The position numbers and the translations under genes are program-made. The notes beneath the pieces are model-generated. The model was not told where the DNA came from. It saw nothing but the letters and a program-made list of their open reading frames with translations, and did no database searches. A stretch of 61,127 nucleotides of DNA, the filler included, from Platydemus manokwari (Eukaryota): the NCBI GenBank assembly GCA_037951405.1. It is 6 parts of 6 records of this genome, joined end to end, with 100 filler letters (N's around TTAATTAATTAA, not from the genome) between each part and the next. Parts side by side here need not be neighbours in the genome. Positions count along the whole stretch, not along the records: positions 40,292 to 50,972 come from JBBMOY011104998.1; positions 51,073 to 61,127 come from JBBMOY011173656.1; 4 more parts are not named here. One strand, written 5' to 3'. Shown one piece after another: positions 40,880 to 52,075 of the stretch (positions are counted from its first letter, which is position 1; the number at the start of each line of letters is the position of its first letter).

Positions 40880-41576
40880 TGTGTGGATATCAAATTGAAT
40901 TTATATTGAATATGAATTTATATTGAATTTAAATTTATATTGAATTTAGTTTGATATTAGATTTAGTTGATATTAAATTAAATTTGATATTAAGTATTAT
41001 TTATTTTGTTTAAATAATTGCCTTTAAATAGAATGGAATGTTGAGTCTTTTCAGTTCGTTTTCGATGCGTTTTTTTATGAAATATGAACGGCTTACATGG
41101 CGACCACGCATCTGGATTCGATTCTGAGATGATTGATGACTGTGAATTCAGGAAAAGAAGTAGAAAGATGTGATACTATATAGAGAATATGTAAAGAATA
41201 TAAAAAGATGTAAATTAGATATAAAGAAGATATAGAAAAGATATAGAGAAGCCACAAAAGATAGAAAAATAAGAGAGCTTTACATAGATGAATATTACGA
41301 GTATTTGATACAATGACTATCAAGAATACAATGAAAACCAAAGATTTTAAAAAGGGGGATGTGAGGATATCAAATTGAATTTATATTGAATTTGAATTTA
41401 TATTGAATTTAAATTTATTTTGAATTTAGTTTGATATTAGATTTAGTTGATATTAAATTAAATTTGATATTAAATATTATTTATTTTGTTTAAATAATTG
41501 CCTTTAAATAGAATGGAATGTCGAGTCTTTTCAGTTCGTTTTCGATGCGATTTTTATAAAATAGTAACGGCTTACA
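40880..41576 (+). mobile_element. TRIM (terminal-repeat retrotransposon in miniature), 697 bp
   Basis: Near-identical TG..CA direct repeats 40880-41097 and 41360-41576. PBS TGGCGACCACG immediately after the 5' repeat; PPT AAAAAGGGGGA (41349-41359) immediately before the 3' repeat; 262-bp non-coding interior. Confidence 0.88.
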
Positions 41577-41686
41577 ACATTAATGTGTTATGAAGATTAA
41601 AATTTGTCAAATTTCCAATTTCTTTGTTGTTGATAATTAGTAAAATCAAATATTGTTGGAGTTAATTTGTAGTCTATTAATACATA

Positions 41687-42187
41687 CTGTAAACCCTCAT
41701 AAATCCGAACTTCAATAATCCGAAAAAAATTTATTTATTTCGTCAACTTTAGAAAGTTTCCACACAATTTTGATTCGAAACTTCCGTAATTGGAAAGCTC
41801 TTTTATGGATTAAATTTCCAATAAATTTTAAAATTTTCGGATTAATGTTGTTTAAATATTAAGCTTGTTTACAATTTTAATTTATTTAAATTAAATATCC
41901 GGCTTAAGTTAAGAAAAAGGGTCCTTTGACCCAATTTTAAAGTAATGAATTTTCGTGGGTTATTTGATATTAAAATTTATTTGTAATCATATTTTAATGA
42001 ACTTTTTACATAAAATGAAATCACAAAAAACTTTAGATGATTTTTAAAATCAATAATTGTCTTTTTCTTAATAATTTCATCATTAACATGGCGGTCATAT
42101 GGATTTTAAATTCCTTCATTATCCGAATTAATTCACAATCCGAATGGAAATCGATTTCTAATTTTTCGGGTTAATGAGGATTGATTA
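41687..42187. mobile_element. pogo/Tigger-like MITE (Tc1/mariner superfamily) containing a nested fragment
   Basis: TA|CTGTAAACCCTCATAAATCCGAAC ... TTCGGGTTAATGAGGATTGATTA|TA: imperfect TIRs with TA flanks and subterminal ATCCGAA repeats. Confidence 0.55.
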
Positions 42188-44469
42188 TATTTCCAATAGA
42201 TGTTTATTATTAACTCAAATATTGATAATAAATATAAATTTGAAAATAAATAAATAAAAATTATAAAAACAAATCATCCAATTATAAATTTCTTTCATAT
42301 TTCAATATTCTTGACACAAACCTAAAAGATAGAACTCAGATTTTGCTAAATATAGCTCGTTTCTCAATGGTTACAAGCTCGAATAATTGATTCCGTTTCT
42401 CCATTCTCTCCATACTTGTTTTCAATAATAATAAAATACAATACCAATCAATATGTTATTGACAAAATGAACTCAGAAGTGAACAAACAAATATTTATAC
42501 TGACAATCAACTAGATATAGTTTTGATTTGAAAAAGTTATTGGCGATTTGAAGATCGAGTTCTCAAATGAATATCTGATCGATCTAATCTGTTTTCCAAT
42601 ATTATATTAAAAGAAAAGAAAGTATTTGTGGGGGATTTCATGGACTTTGATTGTGCAGACAGAATGTATTTATTAGATGGAAGAAACCCATCATGAATTT
42701 CTCTTGAAATCAGTTTGATACATTAATATTGTAATAGCCGTGTAGGAAAATATTCTGACTGAATTCTGTGGGAAAGTTATTAAATATTTTTAAACTTATT
42801 GAATTTGTTTTTCTTTTTATAAAACCATATTTATTTTAAATATAATTTCTTTAGTTATTATGTTTTGCTTTAATGTAGTGTATTAATAATAGGGTATTGA
42901 ATGGGAGTTTATGTACTTCTAATAAATAAATTTAAATAAGAATCACGACTTACAAGTGAAATGAAATGAAATCCGTGATAACCCAATAAAACTCTTTATG
43001 TAATCCAGTAGACCTCGAACTCCATGAAATGATAATCTTTCTTCCACTTCCGTACAAATCATCCTTTATTGGTTGAATGAAAGAGTAGGAATGTTTAACA
43101 GTGTTTATTATGAGACGAGATACCTCTGAAGAAATCTCTGACATAATTATAATCCACTTAACATTTATCTATCTAATTTATTTTAGTATTTTATTATTTC
43201 ATTAATCCTTGAACCATTGGGAAAATTTCAAAAGTTTTTTCAACGCGACAAGAAATATTTTCCCTCAAATTGTCTACTCGACAATCATTTCTGCGAAGTT
43301 TTTGATATTTTATTTTTCAATGATAGAATTAAATAAAATATAAATATATTTTAAATAAAATTAAAACATGGAACCTATAAGCGAACATTTGGTTAAACCA
43401 TGAAGAATGTTTAGAGATAAATATTAGATATGTCGATAAGGGAATCTGATCTTAAGTTCTTATTTTTCCTTTGTTTTTTTTCTAAATAAGAATTAAAATG
43501 CGTGAAAAAAGCTGTCTTGATTGTGTTTTAGTATAATTTTAGTCCTTTTTTAGTTGATCTTAATAACTGTTCCTGAATAATCAAACTCGGTTGAATATTA
43601 ATTTTGAGAACCTATTAAGCATATATTTAGAACATAGTCTTTGACAATTCATAAAATCATACTGTTTCTTCCAGGCAAACTCGATTTTTATAATTGTTTG
43701 GTAGATCACAAATCAATCAAAAAGGTCACAAGAATCAAGGAAAGAACCCTAAAAAACCAATACACAAGATTGCAAAGCTTATCTTTGTGGGATTTTTAGT
43801 AATCAATCTTTTTAATTGCTTTTCATTCTGTTTTTGACTTCCAGGCATTGATCCCGCCTTGATTAATTCACTAATGTGAACTGTGAAAAGTGAAATTGTG
43901 AATTTACGGTTGTTATTGAGATTTTGATGGTAATATTTGTGTTAATAAAATTTTCATATCTAATTTGTTGATTGATAACTCAACATATTCGAGATCTGTG
44001 TGTGCGTTTTTGTGTTATGTTGTATCACATTATTGAACAAATAATTTACTTTTACAAGTTCGAAGTTTTGGTTAGCAGGGGCTTCAGTAACCGGTATGGA
44101 AACCAAATTACTGGAAAATTAGTTTGTTTAATAAAGGTCTTGTATACAGAAAAACTGACACTGCGCTGGGCCTAAATAAGATTTAATTGTTTCAACTGAG
44201 TGTTTAAACGTTATCACGAACAATGATTACCACCCTTAGAATTGGTTTAATCAGGATTATATGTTATAAAATACGCTTTCAAGTTAACGAACGTCGTGAC
44301 GTAACTTCAATATCGATAATAATAAACTGTCTAGCAGATATTAATTTATAAACGAGACACAATTAGTTCAATGAGCAAAATTTATTTGAGAAAAACAAGA
44401 AAAAACAATTATTATTGACAAACAAAAAGAAAATGTGCAAAATAGCTAGTACCTTACCTCAGCAATTAA

Positions 44470-44742
44470 CCAGCAAATTCGTAAGATAGGCGAAGCAGAG
44501 ATTAGTTGAATGGAGGAAGTTCATTATCGACACTGGCAAATAAGTGATTAAATTATATTAAACTATTCATTTATAACAATGAATGAGAAGAGAGCTTTTT
44601 ATTAAAAAAAATAAATGAATATTAATAATTCCCATTTAATTATCCGTTCTCATTCAATTGTATTTACTTTTTATTGATTAATTATTTCGCAAAGTTTCAG
44701 TGTCGATTTCTTTCCTCTACTCTGCTTTTCTTACATATGCTA
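44470..44742. repeat. Imperfect palindromic (foldback/MITE-like) element
   Basis: GTAAGA..AAGCAGAG..GAGGAAG..ATCGACACTG mirrored by CAGTGTCGAT..TTCCTC..CTCTGCTT..TCTTAC; inner pair TGAATGAGAA/TTCTCATTCA. Confidence 0.5.
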
Positions 44743-45204
44743 TAAAGTGAAACCGTCATAAGATGCAGATTACATTGTTGATTAAAAACCGAGAAATATA
44801 ATGATTATATAAAGCTACATAAAGCTCAATTGATAAAACACAATATCATATTATTCAACTTAAAAGTAAAATTGTTATTATCAAGATGATCACTACACGA
44901 AGGTGGTTATTGTCAACGAATTGTTCACTACTGATGTCATTGATGTTGTTTTTCTCTTAATTTGACCAGCGACGTTTTCAGCAAATTTGTACTACCTATA
45001 ATCAAGGTGTTATGTTGGGTTTTGTGTACTGGACTGAGTTTGTTGTGTTGTTTATTGGGTTTGTTTATTGGTGCTTTATTTATATCACTATGTACACAGG
45101 GTTGGATTTGTTTATGTTTAGTAAGTCTGATGATTATATACACTGAGCTAAACTTGTTGGATTTGTTAGGTTTGGTAAGCTTTTTTGGTAGGTGGTGCCG
45201 TCAA

Positions 45205-45442
45205 CAATATTTTGATCCGATATTTGCATTTCCATATTCTCATTGGGTCTTTAGGTTTTTGCATGAGTGGAATTGGTCAATTCCTATGTGCGTTGTTGTG
45301 TAGCAACCCCACTTTTCTAATTGTGATTTACTATCTAATTTCATTGAGATTGGCTGATTGCTATGCCTTTGTGGTTGTGTAGGCGTGCAAATGTTAAAGT
45401 ACTTAAACAAGGGTTTTGTTTTTCTTTTTGCAGCATTTCACA
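45205..45442 (-). mobile_element. Partial copy of the LTR family
   Basis: GCATGAGTGGAATTGGTCAATTCCTATGTG...TTTTCTAATTGT..ATCTAATTTCATTGAGATTGGCT..AAAGTACT..TTTTGCAG matches 21396-21588 and 59110-59310; terminus reads TGTGAAATG on the minus strand. Confidence 0.75.
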
Positions 45443-47429
45443 ATAACCATACCAATAATACTGGCAATAATAATAATTATAATATTAATATTAATAATAA
45501 TATACGTTTAATTAATTCTTAATTGCAAAACAATGAAATAATTTCAATAATAAATTTCAAAAAACAGGAAAAATCAGAAAAAAAAATTGATAATTGAAAT
45601 TGAAAATTATCAAACGCATAATTAGAAAGCTGAAATGCCAAAAATTCAATTGGGAAATTCAAAACAAAACCCAACATCAAACAGTGAAATTAATTACTGG
45701 AATTAAAATTCAAAATTGTCAAAATAATTTTTAATTGATAATTTTTCTTTCATTTAGTTTCTATTAATTTTGATAATTAAAAATTAAAATTTGCAGATCA
45801 TTTCTTATTTCCAACATAATGATGGCTTCAAATCTATCATTTGTCGTTGTTTGACTTCAATGAGAAAAGATTTCCATTCAAACTCACTTAATTTCAAATC
45901 GGAATTGTAATTTCGACAGATCGGGGATGGGTTTAATTTGTTCGTTAATTAGCTTAATTGATGAAATGGGATTCATTTAATCTTGGAGAATATTTAATCC
46001 TCAAAACATTCCCAATTCAAACCAATCGTCTTTTATCATCAAATTAATCATTCTCGTGCGATGTCTTTGAATGTCTTATGACAGCTGTTTTCAAACTGTG
46101 ATCCACTGATCGTCTTGTGTGTTCGTAAGTGAATTACTAACTATGATAGCTCGATGAATATTATTTATTTATATTAATGACAATAATAATTGAGGTATGA
46201 CATCTTTTGGTGTGGAAACAACATCTTAGGATGCGAACAGACGAATAAAATGAAACAACTTTTTTCTAGTTTTTCTAAATTTAATTTAAAGAGAAAACAC
46301 TATTGTCTTTTAAGTTGAGTGTAATTAGACAATCAGGATATATATATATAGAGAGAGGGAGATATTTTGGCTCTGATTAGTTAGTTAATATAGTGATTCT
46401 GCTATTGTCATGTTTCACTTGGCATTCTCTCTACTCTAATATCAGAGACTTCTGTCATTGTTTTATTTGCTTTCTTTTTATTTTATTTATTGATGATAAA
46501 TCACTATATATAAATGGCGTTATGCTTTTTGTCAGACTTGCTTTCAAGGTACGATTTCTTTAATTAAATTAAGATTTGATTTTGTTTTTGGTTTGTTTTA
46601 ATTATTGGTACAATGGTGACTTTAGTAGTAGATATGATGACTATACCAGTGGCAAACACTGTGAATCTAGAGGGTTTTATTAAAATTAGTTATGAGATTT
46701 TGGTAGTCCCTATTAGGATTGAGTAATGGTTTTGATATAATGGTTAAGCAGCTGGTTATAGTTACTTTAAAATATTCAATCTGTCGTCATAACATTCGTA
46801 ATTTAATAATATCATTGATATTTAAAAATGAGCTACACCAAGTTTTTCACAAAATCCAATTATTTTCACTTTTGTAAAAGTAGATTTTTAGAAGTACTGA
46901 ACGGACGGAGATGAATAAGAATTTTAAAATGTTAGGCAGTTATGTGATAATAATGGTAAAATATTAGTGTTTACAATAAATAAATTGTGTTTACAGAAAG
47001 CCTATTAATGATATTAAATCAAATATAAATGAAAAATTCTTACTCTACACTAATATCTCAACGTTAATGTTCGCCTGATAATCGAAAGAAGTCCTGGTCA
47101 TACCTAATAATTAAATAGTCTTCTTGTTCCGTTAGAATATTCTTCCAAGTAATGATAACAATAAAGCTTGGTCGTATGTTTTATGTGTGTCTGATTCCCT
47201 TGTATGACACTATTAATGACACTATCTTATACTTATTCTTATATTAACGTGAGAATATTACGTTTTTTTTAATCTGTTTAATCTTATTTATTATTAACAT
47301 TGATCGCTTATTCTTTCGTTAATATTCACTTAACTATTTTTTATAATTAATTTTTTTATTATTAATATTTTATTTTTATTTAATTGTCTTCAGAAATTCT
47401 TAGGCATTATAATTTTACCATTGCAGGAC

Positions 47430-47770
47430 TGAAGGTCATTGGATTTTTATTTATAAACTTGCACAAAATGCGTGATAATCACTGCAGAGGAACGAATACC
47501 TGTAACAAGGATAGTAATCTTACACTTCACACATCGTAGAGTATAAGTGTTTAAGACAAATAATTAAGTATTAGGATTAATATCAGGAGAACCGCCTATA
47601 TGATTCTGGCATATGGGCAAGGCGGTGACAGGCTTAATCTGTGTTGGTGGATAAGCTCATCATGTGGATCAACAGTAATTATTATAATCACTATAATCTG
47701 ATACATGTATATAAGCATCGTTCTGAACAAATTCGCTGCTATTCGATAAGTGGGCACCGTTCAGTAATTA
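47430..47770 (-). mobile_element. Possible N-terminal zinc-finger relic of an R2/NeSL-type non-LTR retrotransposon
   Basis: Frameshifted CP.CQNH followed by YTLRCVKCKITILVTGIRSSAVIITHF (tandem CxxC..H pattern). Confidence 0.3.
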
Positions 47771-47869
47771 GGCACAGTGTTATAAGCAGGATAATTACCA
47801 TGTACTAACTCATCAGAAATATTATTAAAATACATATCCTTTATTATAAAATTATTATTATTAATAAAA

Positions 47870-48750
47870 TTCGAGTTACTATTCGAATAGTGAGGCAATT
47901 TATCGTTGAAAGATTGAAAATTATCATCATTAAATTGATTGATACCAAGAAAATTGTTATAAGTAAAACCATTAAAATTACTCAGGCATTTCTCCGGGAA
48001 AATCTGGTTGCCTCCGGTCTTGGAATTGAATAATTTTACAAGTTTTCCGAGCCAACATTGTTAATTGTGTAATCAATATTACTCATATCCTGGAATGTTT
48101 GATATGATATTAACCAAGCTTCACAAAATAAATCATTGTTGTAAAAATTATTAATTTAATATTGAATTACAATATTTCATTAATATCGAAGTTATTATTT
48201 ATTATAAAAATTAAAATTCTTTTGCCGAAAAACTTTACTCCATTCAACCTGAGAGGAAATCAAATGTAAAAAAAGTCAAAGGTATGGAAAAATATTCATT
48301 GAAATTAGGTAGTGACGAAAATGTCTTGGATAATTGACATAGTAATTATCATTTTGCCTCTACCATTCATGCTTGATTTATCACGCAGTAAAAATGGTTT
48401 ATTTCTACTATCGGCTTTCCATGGAAAAATTATTAAATATTCATGTCATTTTTTAAACATTGTGACTTTCATCCTTGACAAATACTGGCTGCCGGTGTTC
48501 AGTGAAACTTAACCACTAATGGTGTCGTGGAATTGTCATATCTTGAGGTAATTATCAATGGATTCTCTATGAGCTTTTTAAATATTTAAAATGATGAATT
48601 ACTGGAAAAAATGCTCAAATATGTAGTCCTGATGAGATCGTTCAAACTTTACAATCAGGAATTGGCAAATATTTTATTATCGATTATTTCTATATCAATA
48701 AGCTTATTTGGATTACTTCAAAGCAGTTCGTGGATGATAAAGTAGAATTT
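47870..48750 (+). mobile_element. Degenerate pogo/Tigger-like DDE transposase
   Basis: Ordered relics LVAS.(W) (CENP-B-type HTH), KMSWIIDIV..LFLLSAFHG..FLNIVTFI (KAWM..LLLLD.F.GH..NI..FIP) and SPDEIVQT..SGI (E.I..SF..GI). Confidence 0.45.
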
Positions 48751-48914
48751 TTAGATTAAACATTCTATTATTATAAATTTTATATTAAAAAAAAATAAAA
48801 ATAAATCTTAGCAATTCTTATTTAAAAAATTTTCAATTTTAACTGATCGACAATATAATCGAAACGGTAATTCAAGTTGTCTATTTATTGCTAATAAATT
48901 TTTACCAAAAGGTT

Positions 48915-49840
48915 ATTTGGTTATTAAGTCAATGAAAAGGATCCTTTGACCCAGTTTTAATGTCAGGATTTTTCGTGAGTTATTTAATTCTAAAATTTAT
49001 TTGTAATCATATTTTAATCAAAGTTTTACATAAAACTCAACTTTAAACTAAAGAGGAAAAAACTACTCCGAAAATTCGTATATATTATGGATTATGGTTT
49101 CATTTTAAATATAAAATTTATATTTAAGTTTTATTTTTTCCTTCTAAAGTCGCTACGCCACAAATTTTGTATCTTATTAAATAATTTTAAATTCTTAGTT
49201 TTATTTTGGTAAAAATTGTCATCATTTGATAATTGTTGGTTAGCTTATGGAGTTCATTTTGCTAATACACTTTTGTGTGAGAATCATGCACTTATTCAGA
49301 ATATCAAATTGTTAAGTCCCTATTCGAATTCCGAAACTTCTTATATATTTACGGCATCTCCATTTGTACGATTTATTTGATTCGGATGAAATCTTTATTT
49401 CATTGCTCCATTGATAGGTTTTGGATCTATGCATTCAATCTTCTAAATAGATATTAATATACTTATTTTGGGATAAAATACAAGTTCCTGACACTTCTCA
49501 ATAATTTCCATATCTCCTTTTTTAAAAAACAACTCTAAAAATCTTAGAAATCGTTCCATTTGCTTCTGATGTAAAAAAAGGAGTCCTCGGTAATTTTCAA
49601 TTAATTGCTTTTTGACCTTTTTTGACCCGTTTTTCAAATAATAAATTTTTAGTAGATTTTATAAATCCTGTGTATACAATATTTGATTATAACCCACTAA
49701 AAATTTTCTTAAGTACTTAAATAAAAAATTCAAAATGTTTTTAAAGAATTTAATTAAATAAACTATATAGATTTTTGCAATACAACAAACAAATTTAAAA
49801 TTTTATTTTAGAACCCTTTTTTTAACTTTAGCCGGTTATT
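48915..49840. mobile_element. Non-autonomous TIR DNA element; partial second copy at about 41896-42020
   Basis: 48925-49035 matches 41905-42015 (AAAAGG.TCCTTTGACCCA.TTTTAA...AAAATTTATTTGTAATCATATTTTAAT). Right end GAACCCTTTTTTTAACTTTAGCCGG is the reverse complement of the CCGGCTTAAGTTAAGAAAAAGGGTCC terminus seen at 41899. Confidence 0.65.
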
Positions 49841-50972
49841 TACAAAATTTCCAGGTTTTAGATTATTATTACTTTACTTCATAATACTACTTATTATAAT
49901 TATTATTAATTTTTGAAATAAATATAATCCACTATATTTACAGAAATAGATCACCATCTTATCTATGCCACTACCGTTTAAAATGTTGTTTAAATCAAAA
50001 ATTGTTAATATCTAATTAGATAAATAAGTAGCACAATCAAGATCTTTAACATAACTTCTAATTTTTATTTAACGGTCATTCGAAAGATATTGTTTCTACA
50101 CATTTTGAAAATAGGGTTGAAGTTTCTGAAAGCTTTGATTTATTGGGCACCGCATCACATCCCAGATGAAAATAATAATTAATGCAATTTTTTTCAAAAT
50201 ATATCCAAAAATAGATCAAATGATGAATATGAAATAAATAAAGTAGGAAAATAGGGAAAAATAATAAAAATTGTAAATAAAAAAAGAGAAAAAAATAATG
50301 AAAAAGCCAATAAAGAAAAGAAAAGCAATTTAAATTGATCCAAAAAGCATTGCAACGCACTGTTCGAAAGGCGTCCACAAAAATTATTGATTGGATATGA
50401 AACGAGATTGTTATAAAATTCTAAGTGCCACTATTTGATTGATATTATACAAGTGAAAGATCATCCGAAGAAATCTATATTGAGGAAGAAAATAAATCCA
50501 TATTTCAAAGAAGAAAATTTGAAACACCTTTAAATTGCCTCATTGAATTGATTTGAAAAAAAAACAGTCATCTTTATTATTTTAATCCATTGCAAACAAT
50601 AATTGTTCTTGTTAAATTGAAAAGTTTTATTAATTTTATAACAATCTATGTTACGCATGTCATCCCTGAATCAAACTGATTGGACCCAGGACAAGGATTC
50701 TATTAAATAAATTTAATATTTGCGTTAAATTCACAACAACCAAGAGGGATTGGTGGCACTTATAGGCCCGACCTTCAGAACCTATTTGGCGACCATGCCT
50801 CTAGTGGCACAGGCACATGAGACTTAAAATCAATTCTGTAGAGAACATTAGAACGTTATATTAAAGATGATTAATAACTGGTTATTGTTCCTTTAATTTA
50901 ATTATTTTTTGTATCATTGTTGTCATCATCTTTTATATAATTTGTAACTGTTGTAATGAATTATATTCTATT

Positions 50973-51072
50973 NNNNNNNNNNNNNNNNNNNNNNNNNNNN
51001 NNNNNNNNNNNNNNNNTTAATTAATTAANNNNNNNNNNNNNNNNNNNNNNNNNNNNNNNNNNNNNNNNNNNN
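50973..51072. other. Artificial contig spacer
   Basis: N44-TTAATTAATTAA-N44. Confidence 0.99.
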
Positions 51073-51149
51073 ATGTACTTTTCAATTGAAAAAAAGTAGA
51101 TAATAACAGTTTAGAAACATTTTCAAAATTTAAAAATAAATTTAATAAA

Positions 51150-52075
51150 TTAAAAATTTTAATAAATAGTCAGAATTTTTATTCTTTCAGATATTCTGCA
51201 TTTATTCTTCAATTCTATGTTGAGAATCGACTATCCGGAACCTAATATCTCGTAAAATTTCATACCAACTTTCTTTGAAAATTTTCTCCCAATGCAAGTC
51301 ATTCGAATGATCAAAATCCTCCGATCTTCAATATATATTCTCCAGCTTACAGATTGGGTAAACCAAGATACAAGAATAAGTACTGTTACTCAGATGCAAA
51401 GACAGTGTTGGACAATGAATAAATTGTCAGATTAAAAAATAGAATGATGAGAATTAACCTTGTTGAACTTGATGTTGGGAATTTTATGCATAATTCTATT
51501 TTGACATTTCAATCATGTTTTTGATGGTAATTCTTTTATTTTTATACGCTTATTATCATCAATGTTATTTATCATTTTATTCGAATATTGAAAGTATGAT
51601 GATATAACAGTAACACTATTTTTGTATTTTCTTTGTGTGATTAACATAGTGATATTATCAGTGACAAATGATAATAATAAAATAAAGTCAAAATAGTAAA
51701 ATAATAAGTATAATACATAGAACATAATTTATGCTTTTAATTTTTTGGGTATTGTTATTATTTGATGTCGACTGTTTCAATATTTAGTTTGATACTAAAA
51801 GAAAATCCGACGTAAATTATAGAGATGAATTGCATAGATGTAGAGCAAATCAGTATCAATATAGGTGCTTGAGAAAAGGCAGTGGTGACAGGAAAATGTG
51901 TCAAAAAAGCAGAAAATGATTACAAATTTAATAATGATAAAAATAGCTTTTAAATTATTTAAAAATCAATCAGCGTTCTTCAAAAATTGTTGAACAACAC
52001 ACCAACATGCAAAAAGTATATAAACAAAGGCCACTAAAAATTTCACGCAGAACTTCAAAGTACATTTTTGATTTA
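51150..52075 (-). pseudogene. Possible decayed Cys-loop (nicotinic-receptor-like) channel sequence
   Basis: SFSAFLTHFPVTTAFSQAPILILICSTSMQFISIIYVGFSFSIKLN (M2-M3-like) and downstream EILRDIRFRIVDSQHRIEE* (MA-helix-like); many stops and frameshifts. Confidence 0.28.

Larger units (their letters stand above)
40575..43290 (-). pseudogene. Decayed spliced gene, weakly resembling the amino-terminal (LIVBP-like) domain of NMDA-type glutamate receptors
   Basis: Phase-consistent exons 43290-43215 and 43168-42954 (..GLHKEFYWVITDFISFHL|), then from 42765 IQSEYFPTRLLQY*, about 42415-42322 WREWRNGINYSSL*PLRNEL.., and from 40806 ..FIFNFNGNFNTK*..KDGNIQLNGII. Order matches Y.WI / EFP.GL / W..G / F...G / W.DG motifs. 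Several in-frame TAA stops. Confidence 0.4.

Noticed and set aside
10051-51072. Five identical TTAATTAATTAA motifs flanked by Ns, and any gene-neighbourhood argument across them
   Set aside because: Synthetic concatenation linkers; adjacency across them carries no biological meaning.
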